Assembly (NCBI GenBank): GCA_965250285.1
Contig: OZ252299.1
Span: forward strand, 3,552,001 to 3,616,000
Length of the DNA stretch: 64,000 nt
Source: Myxococcota bacterium
GTDB taxonomy: Bacteria; Myxococcota_A; UBA9160; UBA4427
Reading direction: 5' to 3'
Made by a program: the position numbers and the translations under genes. Each line of letters begins with the position of its first letter. Position 1 is the first letter of the stretch. Shown here in pieces: positions 1-8,324 of the stretch. A model generated the notes under the pieces. It was not told the origin of the DNA. It did no database searches and saw nothing but the letters and a program-made list of their open reading frames with translations.

Positions 1-326
1 CCCTGCTCGAGCGACTACCGGCCGCCGAGTGGACCTCGCTTCTCGCCGCCTTCGTCGTGGCGATCTTCTTCGTCACGAGCTCAGACTCGGGCTCGTTCGT
101 GGTCGACATGCTGACCTCTGGCGGCGATCCGGACCCTCCCATCTGGCAGCGCGTCTTCTGGGCCGTGAGCGAAGGGGTCGTGGCGGCGGTTCTGCTCCTG
201 GCCGGCGGGTTGGCCGCACTTCAATCGGCCGCGATCAATACGGGGCTCCCGTTCTGCCTGATCCTGCTGGCGGTCTGCGCCGGACTCGGGCGAGCGCTCT
301 GGCGCGAAGGCGCGCCAGGTCGATAG
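1..326 (+). CDS. BCCT family (betaine/choline/carnitine) transporter, C-terminal part; 5' end outside the window
   Basis: Translation FFVTSSDSGSFVVDMLTSGG...WQRVFWAVSEGVVAAVLLLAGGLAALQSAAINTGLPF matches the characteristic BetT/BetP C-terminal helices. Confidence 0.9.
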   Translation, partial: LLERLPAAEWTSLLAAFVVAIFFVTSSDSGSFVVDMLTSGGDPDPPIWQRVFWAVSEGVVAAVLLLAGGLAALQSAAINTGLPFCLILLAVCAGLGRALWREGAPGR

Positions 327-367
327 GCCTCTCGACCGCAGCAAGCGTGCGCCGTATTCGCATCGCT

Positions 368-1633
368 TCAGCTCCGGGCTGGAGGGCGCAGGCGTGTGAT
401 CACGATGAGCGAGAGGAGCGTCGTGGTGGCCGCGTAGATTGCGGGGGCGTAGTCACTCGCTGTCCGTTCGACCAGGTAGGTCGCGACCAGCGGCGTCGTA
501 CCGCCGAAGACGGCCATGACGAGGTTGTAGCCGATCGAGACTGCGCTGCAGCGGACCACCTTGGGAACCTGATCGGCGAGCACCAGAACACAGAGTCCAT
601 AGTACGGGGCCAGGCCGAGCGTCAGCCCCAGTTGACCCACGAACACCCGCACCACATCCGTCTGGTGCATGAGCCACCAGCATGGGAACGCGATCAGCAG
701 GGTGTAGACGCCGCCGACCCACAGCACTGGGCGATACCCGATCGCGTCGGCAACCCGAGCGGCGACCATCATCGCGACGACCAGCACAGCGAGGTTGATC
801 GTCGACACGTCGAGGGCGGTCGCCGACGAGAAGTGCATCTCGTCGACGAGAAACGAGGCGCCGTACACGAAGAGCAGGAAGTACCAGATCGCGCACGGCA
901 GCAGCAGCCCGACCATCGAGAGCATGTCGCGCTTGTGCGAGCGAAGGGCCACGAAGACGGGGGAGACGCGCTTCTCGCGCGAATCGATGTCGAGCGTCTC
1001 GGGCATCGTCACGCGTAGGGCGATCGACGCCAGGGCCACGACGCCGCCCAGAAGGAACGGGATGCGCCAGCCCCAGGCGATCAGCTGGTCGTTGCTCAGG
1101 GCGCTCGTGACGGCAGCCGGAACGCCTGAGCCAACGACACAACCCGCGATCATCGCGCACGGCACCCACGCGGCCAGACTGCAGCGACGACCTTGCGGGG
1201 CCGATTCGACGATCAGGATGCCCGAAGAGGTGAACTCTCCGGCCACCGAGACCCCCTGAACGACACGCAGCAGGATCAACAGCACGGCGGCCCAAGCGCC
1301 CAGGGTGTCGTAGGTCGGCAAGAGACCAATCAAGACCGAGCAGGCGCCCATGATTGCGATCGACACGATGAGGGCGGGCCGCCTTCCGATGACGTCGCCG
1401 ATGTGGCCGAAGATCAGACTGCCGATCGGGCGGGACAGGTACCCGACCGCGAGAACGGCGAACGAACTCAATAGGGACGTCGTCTCGTCGTTGGACGGAA
1501 AGAACAGGCGGCCGATGATCGGCGCCAGGAAGCCATAGGCCGTGAAGTCGTACCACTCGAGGACGTTGCCGCTGCTCGCCGCGAGGATCGTCCGCTTGGT
1601 CAATCTCGGAGCTCGTTGCGCATCGTCGGCCAT
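368..1633 (-). CDS. MFS transporter, metabolite:H+ symporter (ProP/KgtP-like) family
   Basis: GNVLEWYDF N-terminal motif, RPIGSLIFGHIGDVIGRR (MFS motif A), WGWRIPFL, FGGTTP; about 12 hydrophobic segments. Confidence 0.92.
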   Translation of the reverse strand: MADDAQRAPRLTKRTILAASSGNVLEWYDFTAYGFLAPIIGRLFFPSNDETTSLLSSFAVLAVGYLSRPIGSLIFGHIGDVIGRRPALIVSIAIMGACSVLIGLLPTYDTLGAWAAVLLILLRVVQGVSVAGEFTSSGILIVESAPQGRRCSLAAWVPCAMIAGCVVGSGVPAAVTSALSNDQLIAWGWRIPFLLGGVVALASIALRVTMPETLDIDSREKRVSPVFVALRSHKRDMLSMVGLLLPCAIWYFLLFVYGASFLVDEMHFSSATALDVSTINLAVLVVAMMVAARVADAIGYRPVLWVGGVYTLLIAFPCWWLMHQTDVVRVFVGQLGLTLGLAPYYGLCVLVLADQVPKVVRCSAVSIGYNLVMAVFGGTTPLVATYLVERTASDYAPAIYAATTTLLSLIVITRLRPPARS

Positions 1634-2023
1634 TGCGAGCTCCCAACCGTTCTCGGGTCAATCCGCGTGGGTCCGTCCGAAGTTCTTTGCGGGAGGAACG
1701 GACAAGGGAGGGAAGCCCGGATTCCGACATGCGACAAGGCCGTATGCGGCCGGTGCGCGTCGCGTCTCGCTCGGCGCCGAGGACGGCCGCCGCCCAGCCG
1801 TGATGGGCTTCTGACCGGCCTGCATTCCTCAGAGCAGTGTCTCGTAGAGAACGGCCCCATAGCGCCCGGGCTCTGGAAGCACGCGGGCACGAACGGGTCA
1901 TCCCCTGTTTCGGAGTCGGATCGAGCCGCTTCGCCCGAATAGAGCCGGACTCTACGCCGTCCCACTCCCCTGTGTGCCGCGATCTGCAGGGCCACCGCCG
2001 CAACTCCCCGTTACTTCTTGCGT

Positions 2024-2078
2024 CTGGATCGGTCTTCGAACCTGAGGGTCGGGGGTTCGAATCCATCCCGGCGTGCCA
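2024..2078 (+). pseudogene. Degenerate 3' portion of a tRNA (Arg-like, anticodon loop CTTCGAA)
   Basis: TCGGT-CTTCGAA-CCTGA-GGGTC-GGGGG-TTCGAAT-CCATC-CCGGCGT-G-CCA gives an anticodon arm, variable loop, T arm, 3' acceptor strand and CCA. No complementary 5' acceptor strand or full D arm upstream. Confidence 0.7.
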
Positions 2079-2494
2079 GGCTTTTGCGCACTTGCGCCCT
2101 TCGTACAGCAGCACCCGGCCCGGTCTCGGCCCGGTGACTCCTTTCGGTGTCGGGTTGGTCATCTCGAGGCAATCGATTCCCTGCTACCAATCGACTCGGC
2201 GCCCGGCCCGAGCCCGGTAGAAAGCCGAGCAACCAGCTTCGCGATGGGTCACGCCGAGGGGTAAGCGCGAGGTCGCATGTAGGTCCGCGAGTTCACACGA
2301 GCGAAGGAAGGGAGCAGCTTGCCTGGCTCATTCCTATTGAGCTTGGGGCGCGGCAGAGAGTGCCTCGTGCAACACGGATAGATGCGTGACGTATCGTACA
2401 CGGCGGCTGCGCATCGTGCCTTCCTGCGCGCACTGCACAGGTTCATGACGCCCATCGAGTCTCAAGGTCGATCGCCTAGCTCTCGATCAGGTGC

Positions 2495-2920
2495 ATGGAC
2501 CCGAGGAGAACCCAATTGAGGCTGATCGTTCCTCTGCTTGTTCTCTTCCACGCCTGGTCTGCTCATGGTGATGAGCGGTCTTTCAGACTGTCGATGACCG
2601 CCTGCACCACGATCGTCGGTCACCTGTCGAACCCAGAAAAGGGTTTGGAGATTCGGGAGGAAACACCTGTGAGCTGGCGCTGTAGCAGGGATGAGAGTTG
2701 GGCGACGTGTTCAGCAGACGGTAGATCGTCGGACGATTCTCGCACGATTCGCTTCGCTGTCACCGTCGATGCGCCGATGCGGCTGCGGTTGCTTAGTGTG
2801 AACCGTGCCAGCACCGTGACGGTACGACCCGATATCGGGTCGGTGGCGATGGTGACCCAAATACTTGGTGCAGACTACTCTGGCTCGACCGTCTGCGTCG
2901 GGTCATACGAAGACATCTAG
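2495..2920 (+). CDS. Hypothetical secreted protein
   Basis: AGGT 5' of ATG; signal peptide (RLIVPLLVLFHAWSAHG); four cysteines in a beta-rich mature region. Confidence 0.6.
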   Translation: MDPRRTQLRLIVPLLVLFHAWSAHGDERSFRLSMTACTTIVGHLSNPEKGLEIREETPVSWRCSRDESWATCSADGRSSDDSRTIRFAVTVDAPMRLRLLSVNRASTVTVRPDIGSVAMVTQILGADYSGSTVCVGSYEDI

Positions 2921-3107
2921 GGCGTGCGCGAGCAGCCCATTGCGGAGCCTGAACACATCAGGGTCCCGGCTTGACACAGCGTGGAGTGATCGGGCCTCGA
3001 GCCTAAAGCGGGGCTTGAAGCGCCTCACGGCGCCATGCGGGCACCTGGCCATGCCTTGGGGAGACCCCTGGGCGGCGATGGCCGCAGCGGCACTTGCTCG
3101 CCGACGA

Positions 3108-4466
3108 CTAGCCATCGAGCGCGGCGATGGCTTCCTTCGCGGCCCGTTCCCCCGACTCGATCGCGCCCTCGATGTATCCGGTCCATTCGGTTGCGGTCTC
3201 GGTGCCGGCCCAGTGGAGCGGCCCGACGGGGTCACGTAGACATTCGCCGAACTGCGTCAGGGTACCGGGTGGAGCGTAGGCGCCATAGCAACCCCGAGAC
3301 CATCGCTCCCGCGTCCAGTCGTTCTCGACGTAGTCCACCATCCGACAATCGGGCTTCCCCAGAAAGCGCTCGATCGTTTCGAGTACGCAACTCTCTCGGG
3401 CCTTCTCGCTCTTTGCGCTCCATTCGATGGCTGCGTTCCCGTCGAAGAAGCCGGAGATGATTCCAAGCCCTTGGCCAGGCGGCGATACGTCGAAAGCAGG
3501 AGAAAAGGGAGCCTCGTCGCTGAACAGCATTCCGTTGAGGCCCGCTTCTCGCCAATAGGGTCGTTCGAAGGCGACCCACACCTTGATCACCGAGCCCATG
3601 CTCATGCGAGAATGCAAAGCCGAGTGGCGCTGCGGCAGCAAGGGCTCAAAGTCGATGCGCTCCGTCAAGGCGGGCGGGAGCGCGACGATCGCCCTGTTCG
3701 CACGATACGCTCGTCTCGGCGTCGTCACGACTACCTCGTCGTCTCGCACGAGCTCGACTGTGTGGACCGGCTCGCTCAAGCGAAGCGAGTCGCCGAGTTC
3801 CGCGGCGAGGCGCGTCGCGACCGAGTGCACGCTTCCGTCGAACAGGAAGTTCTGCGCGCCGCCTTCGGCAGCCGAAACGAGAATGGCGATTCCACCCGCC
3901 GCCTTGCAGTAGTGGACCAGCCATAGGAGCGACATCTCCTGGGGCTCAGCGCAGAAAACGCCGGCAACCAGGGCGGTGAACGTCGCGCGAACACGGGGAT
4001 TCTCCGCCTGCTCGTTCAACCATGTTGCGACGGTCTTCTGGTCGAGCTCGCGAGCGAAATCACCGGCCCACGGCGCAGCGGGATCAACCTTCTCCGACAT
4101 CGCGTAGATTTCGCTGAAGAGTCGGCCGAACTCGGCCAGCTCCTCGGGCTCCAGTGCATTGTCGAGTCCCTCGCCGGGCGAGCGGCTCATGACGCCGTCC
4201 ACTTCCCAGACGGACTCGCCCTCCAGCGGGTTCTTGTAGGTCGAGACCCCGAGTCGGTCGGCAAGCGCTGCGAGACGAGTTTGCGTCGGACCCAGCCACA
4301 TTCCGCCGAGGTCGATGGGGATCCCCGCCACCGTTCCGGGCTTGGTTCGACCGCCCACTCGATCACGCGCCTCGAGCACGCACACCGTCTTGCCGGCCTC
4401 CTGGAGCTTCTTGGCAGCCGTCAGGCCAGCAAAGCCCGCTCCGATCACGATGACATCCTGGTCCAC
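3108..4466 (-). CDS. Flavin monoamine oxidase family protein (putrescine oxidase/MAO-like)
   Basis: GAGFAG dinucleotide motif, LEARDRVGGR, DLGGMW, WSRGCY, HWAGTETATEWTGYIEGAIESGERAA. Confidence 0.95.
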   Translation of the reverse strand: MDQDVIVIGAGFAGLTAAKKLQEAGKTVCVLEARDRVGGRTKPGTVAGIPIDLGGMWLGPTQTRLAALADRLGVSTYKNPLEGESVWEVDGVMSRSPGEGLDNALEPEELAEFGRLFSEIYAMSEKVDPAAPWAGDFARELDQKTVATWLNEQAENPRVRATFTALVAGVFCAEPQEMSLLWLVHYCKAAGGIAILVSAAEGGAQNFLFDGSVHSVATRLAAELGDSLRLSEPVHTVELVRDDEVVVTTPRRAYRANRAIVALPPALTERIDFEPLLPQRHSALHSRMSMGSVIKVWVAFERPYWREAGLNGMLFSDEAPFSPAFDVSPPGQGLGIISGFFDGNAAIEWSAKSEKARESCVLETIERFLGKPDCRMVDYVENDWTRERWSRGCYGAYAPPGTLTQFGECLRDPVGPLHWAGTETATEWTGYIEGAIESGERAAKEAIAALDG

Positions 4467-4519
4467 GACGAGCCCCTCTCCTGTATCCGCACCGCGACCT
4501 GAGGATCGGCACGATCGCG

Positions 4520-4555
4520 TTGCTTGTTCCCAAATGGGAGCATATACTTCCTTTT
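4520..4555 (+). promoter_or_regulatory. Sigma70-type promoter for the TetR gene with overlapping imperfect palindrome (putative TetR operator)
   Basis: TTGCTT (4520-4525), 17-bp spacer, TATACT (4543-4548); overlapped by AAATGGGAG-N6-CTTCCTTTT (7/9 arms) between the divergent oxidase and TetR genes. Confidence 0.6.
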
Positions 4556-4586
4556 AGCGAGTCGCCAGACTCCAGGGAGCGATGCC

Positions 4587-5240
4587 TTGTCGAGATCGTC
4601 AATTCAGCTGCGTCGTGTTCCGCGCCAGGCGCGATCGCGGGAGACTTTCGAACGCATCCTTCGAGCGGCCGTCGAGGTCCTCGAAGAGGAGGGGTGGGAT
4701 GGGTTCACAACCAACCTCCTGGCGGAGCGGGCTGACATCGCGATTCAGGCGCTCTACCGGTACTTCCCCAACAAGCTCGTCGTGGTCGCCACGCTCGCGG
4801 AGCGAATGACCATTGAGTGGGACGGTTGGTTCGAAGACTTTGCCGACGCGATCGACGCGGGGGGCATCTGGAGCGAAGTCTGGGCCGATTACATCGACGT
4901 CTTTCTCGAGGGCGTGCGCGACATGCCGGGCGCCCTCGCTGTCCGCCGCGCGATGGCAGCGAACCCCGAACTTCGAGAGATCGACCAGAAAGACAATGAG
5001 CGTCTCGCGAGAGGTCTTGGTGGATCGCTGCGGCGATGCGACCCAAGCCTGTCTGCCCAGGAAAGCTACGCGACTGCGCGAATGTTGATCGAGACCGCAA
5101 CCGCAACGATCGATTCGGCGCTGGTCTCTCCGCCTGCGACGGCGCGAAGAATGATCACCGAATTGAAGTCGATGCACATCGCGTACTTGCGAGAGCGCGT
5201 GAAGTTCGGCGGGCCTACTCGAACACGGCAGCGTCGATAG
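4587..5240 (+). CDS. TetR/AcrR family transcriptional regulator
   Basis: RRVPRQARSRETFERILRAA...FTTNLLAERADIAIQALYRYFPNK HTH. TTG start chosen because GGAG lies 7 nt upstream and the promoter is at 4520-4548. Confidence 0.92.
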   Translation: MSRSSIQLRRVPRQARSRETFERILRAAVEVLEEEGWDGFTTNLLAERADIAIQALYRYFPNKLVVVATLAERMTIEWDGWFEDFADAIDAGGIWSEVWADYIDVFLEGVRDMPGALAVRRAMAANPELREIDQKDNERLARGLGGSLRRCDPSLSAQESYATARMLIETATATIDSALVSPPATARRMITELKSMHIAYLRERVKFGGPTRTRQRR

Positions 5241-5250
5241 GAGAGACCGC

Positions 5251-6384
5251 GTGACAGAAGCACGGCGATCCATGGGAGCGACGAAGCGAACTGGCTTCGT
5301 TTGGCACGAGCGGATGATGTGGCATGACCTGGGCGCCGCTACGGGACCGGTGGCAACCCGTGGAATCTACCAACCCGGCGTCCACGTCGAGAACCCTGAG
5401 ACCAAACGCCGCCTGAAGAACCTTCTCGACGGCTACGATGTGACGCCCTCGCTCGAGCTCATCCATCCTCGACAAGCGACCGAGGAAGAGATTCTCTCCG
5501 TGCACGCCGAGGGATACCTCGAACGGGTGAGACAGCTGAGCGCGGGGCAAGGCGGAGACGCGGGCGAGTTCGCGCTCCTGGGCCCTGGCAGCTACGAGAT
5601 TGCGTTGCTCGCCGCCGGGGCCGCGATCTCTGGAGCGGAGGCGATCGCGACGGGTGCCGTGACGAACGCCTATGTGCTGTCGCGACCGCCTGGCCACCAC
5701 GCCGAGCCTGATCGCGGACGAGGATTCTGCATCTTCAGCAACATCGGCATCGCCATACGACACCTGCGCGACCGATTCGGTATCGGAAGGGTTGCGGTCG
5801 TCGACTTCGACGTCCACCACGGAAACGGAACCGAGACCATCTTCTATGAGGATGCGCAGACCCTCACGATCTCACTTCACCAGGACGGGCTCTATCCGGT
5901 CGGCCGCGGGGGCCTGGAAGATGCGGGGATGGGCGACGCCGCCGGCAAGAACATCAATGTTCCGCTTCCGCCCGGCTGTGGTGGCGGCGCGTACCTGCAC
6001 GCATTCGACGAGATCGTACGCCCCGCGCTCTCGGCATTCGAGCCCGAGTTCCTGGTGCTTGCGGCCGGATACGACGCAAGCATCTCGGACCCGATGGCGG
6101 CCATGATGCTCACCTCGACGCACTACCGCGCGATTGCAGACCAGATGGTGTCATGGGCTGACGCGCACGCTCGTGGGAAGCTCCTGGTCGTTCATGAAGG
6201 AGGCTACTCGGCGGACTACGTACCGTTCTGCGGCCTTGCCGTGATCGAGTCGATGCGTGGCGCGAAGAGCGGCTGTGTCGACCCACTCGTCGTACTCAAC
6301 GACCATCTGCCCGGGCAAGCGCTACAGCCCCATCAGGCCGCCGCCATCGCCCGAGCTTTGGAGGCGTCGCCTCTCTTGTCGTGA
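5251..6384 (+). CDS. Class II histone-deacetylase-like amidohydrolase (Zn-dependent deacetylase)
   Basis: RPPGHHA, GFCIFSN, DFDVHHGNGT, SLHQ, AGYDA..DP and HEGGYS motifs; ENPETKRRLKNLL resembles the HDAH/PA3774 subgroup. Confidence 0.95.
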   Translation: MTEARRSMGATKRTGFVWHERMMWHDLGAATGPVATRGIYQPGVHVENPETKRRLKNLLDGYDVTPSLELIHPRQATEEEILSVHAEGYLERVRQLSAGQGGDAGEFALLGPGSYEIALLAAGAAISGAEAIATGAVTNAYVLSRPPGHHAEPDRGRGFCIFSNIGIAIRHLRDRFGIGRVAVVDFDVHHGNGTETIFYEDAQTLTISLHQDGLYPVGRGGLEDAGMGDAAGKNINVPLPPGCGGGAYLHAFDEIVRPALSAFEPEFLVLAAGYDASISDPMAAMMLTSTHYRAIADQMVSWADAHARGKLLVVHEGGYSADYVPFCGLAVIESMRGAKSGCVDPLVVLNDHLPGQALQPHQAAAIARALEASPLLS

Positions 6385-6696
6385 CGAAAGAGGTGAGAGC
6401 CGGCTCGGCGCGGAATTGATCGTGCCTTCTGCCTCGTCGGTCTTCGACGGTCCCTTCCGCGCTCGATCTCTTTCGCGTGGCCGCCCTCCCGAGACAGGTT
6501 CGATTCTCACCGAACCGCTCGGGCGCGTCCTCAGCTCCGTCGCAGCCCGTCGCGTCTTCTACGCCCGCCGAAGCGCCTGCCAAGCGAAGCCGATCACGAG
6601 AAAGAGCAGCGCGAGAACGAGTCGTGGATCACCCAGCTGAAACCACGGGTCGAGTGGAAACGCGATCGTCTTCTGGATCGCGGCGGCCTTGAACTC

Positions 6697-7011
6697 GTGG
6701 CGCCCAGCATCTGGCGCAATGGCGCCGCTCGAAGCGTTCGCCGTCGCGCTCACAAGCTCATCCTGAGCGAGCCGCCCGGCGGCCCGAGCCAAGAGTGGCT
6801 CTTCGATCTCGCGGTCGACCCGTACGAGCGATCGAACATCGCGGCCGCCAATCCGACCCTTGCCGCCGATCTGCGCGCGCAGCTGGATGCGCACTACGCC
6901 ACTCTGCCCGAGTCGGCCTGGGCGCCCTACATCCATGCGCCGATCAACGTCGACCGAGATGAGTCTCAGCCCGCGCAGCCTGAAGACGAGTTCGCCTACT
7001 GGTCGAACTGA
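6697..7011 (+). pseudogene. C-terminal fragment of a sulfatase
   Basis: IWRNGAARSVRRRAHKLI...WLFDLAVDPYERSNIAAANPTLAADL matches the sulfatase C-terminal LFDLxxDPxExxN signature. No N-terminal catalytic domain (CxPxR) upstream. Confidence 0.7.
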
Positions 7012-7191
7012 GCGCCGCTCGAACCGCCACGAGGCACGCTCGGTGACCGGTACTTTCCGGACGATCGACGCGACGGGCATTCACGCGAGGTTGCTCGATT
7101 TGGCCTTGGAGTCGCACCGCGTGCGGCTTCGGCTGGCTCCTCGCGTCGTTGTTGTAGGCTCGCGGGCTGCCTCCACACCGATCGGAACCGC

Positions 7192-8121
7192 ATGCAGCTG
7201 CTGAACGAATCCACTGTCCTGCCCGAAGAGATCGACTCGCTTGGTCACATGAACGTGCGCCACTACATGACGCGCATGGAGCTGGCCAACCGCGCGCTGA
7301 TGGCCGAGCTGGGCATCGGCGAGGGCGCGCCGGCCGCGAGCTTCCTGCGTCGTACCGACACCTACACGCGCTTTCGCCGCGAGCAGTTCGAAGGCGCGAC
7401 GCTGCACGCGATCGGCGGCCTCCTCGGATTCGGCGAATGGGGGATGCGCAGCTACGTCGAGATCAAGAACCCCGATACTGAAGACGTCGCAGCCGCGTTC
7501 ATCGTCACGACGGCTCTCATCGACTCGGCGACGCGCCGCGCTCTGCCCATGCCGATGCCGGCGACGTCCGCGATCCGGGTCGAGGTGCCCGACTTCGCGC
7601 GTCCCCGCAGCCTGTCGCTCGACGCGGCGAACACGCCCGTCTCGCTCGAAGAGTTGGAGACCCGTGTGCCCGACACCGAGTTCGGGGGCACGGTGAGCGG
7701 CCGTCGCGAGCTCACCCTCGAGCCGCCCGACGTCGACGAGTCTGGCTGGCTTCGCCAGGACGTCGAGCTGATGTTCCTGCCCTTCGCCAGAATGGCTCAG
7801 GAGCCCGGAGTCACGCCGGGGCCGCCCGTATATGAAGCGTCGGATGGGCGACGCATCGGTTGGGCGGTCATGGAGACGCGCACGCAGAGCTTCGGGCAGC
7901 CGCGGCTCGGCGACGAACTCATCTATTTCAGCGCCGACCTGGCACTCGAAGAGAAGTCACGCACGTCGAGGCGCTGGGTCCTCGATCGACGCTCGGGGCA
8001 GCTGTTGGGCATCCACGACATGGTGGGCGTGTGCCTCGACCTCGACGCCCGGCGCGCCATCCCGTGGCCGGACGAGACGCGCGACGAGATCGAACGGCAT
8101 CTGCAGCCCGATCTCGCCTGA
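7192..8121 (+). CDS. Double hot-dog acyl-CoA thioesterase family protein
   Basis: VLPEEIDSLGHMNVRHY 4HBT-type motif; second degenerate hot-dog unit (DVDESG...CLDLDARRAIPWP). Confidence 0.85.
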   Translation: MQLLNESTVLPEEIDSLGHMNVRHYMTRMELANRALMAELGIGEGAPAASFLRRTDTYTRFRREQFEGATLHAIGGLLGFGEWGMRSYVEIKNPDTEDVAAAFIVTTALIDSATRRALPMPMPATSAIRVEVPDFARPRSLSLDAANTPVSLEELETRVPDTEFGGTVSGRRELTLEPPDVDESGWLRQDVELMFLPFARMAQEPGVTPGPPVYEASDGRRIGWAVMETRTQSFGQPRLGDELIYFSADLALEEKSRTSRRWVLDRRSGQLLGIHDMVGVCLDLDARRAIPWPDETRDEIERHLQPDLA

Positions 8122-8324
8122 CTTCGCCTCGAGGGGTGAGGCGAACCGGGGCTGATCGAGCCTTTTTCGAGACGATTGAAGGGGGAAGTTGCCGCGCGTC
8201 CCCATCTCGACCGAGGCCGAGCGCGAGGCTAGGGTCGCAGTCACTCGTCCGTGGCACGAACCGGCCCATCGCCGTGCATCGAGGCGACGGAGTGTCTCTG
8301 GCTGACCCTTCGATCGGGAGTCCC

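Noticed and set aside
2079..2162. Minus-strand start MTNPTPKGVTGPRPGRVLLYEG running into the tRNA remnant, faintly like a RhuM-type N-terminus
   Set aside because: Only ~22 residues; similarity too weak to support without a search.
2938..3060. Possible integron attC-like site after the orphan secreted gene
   Set aside because: No clear RYYYAAC...GTTRRRY pair or convincing inner inverted repeat.
7860..8324. N-terminal extensions of ORF-track calls (e.g. 7860, 18685, 26919, 33359, 36656, 47788, 51414, 63739)
   Set aside because: They overlap neighbouring genes or promoters; internal starts with RBS or stop-start overlaps fit better.
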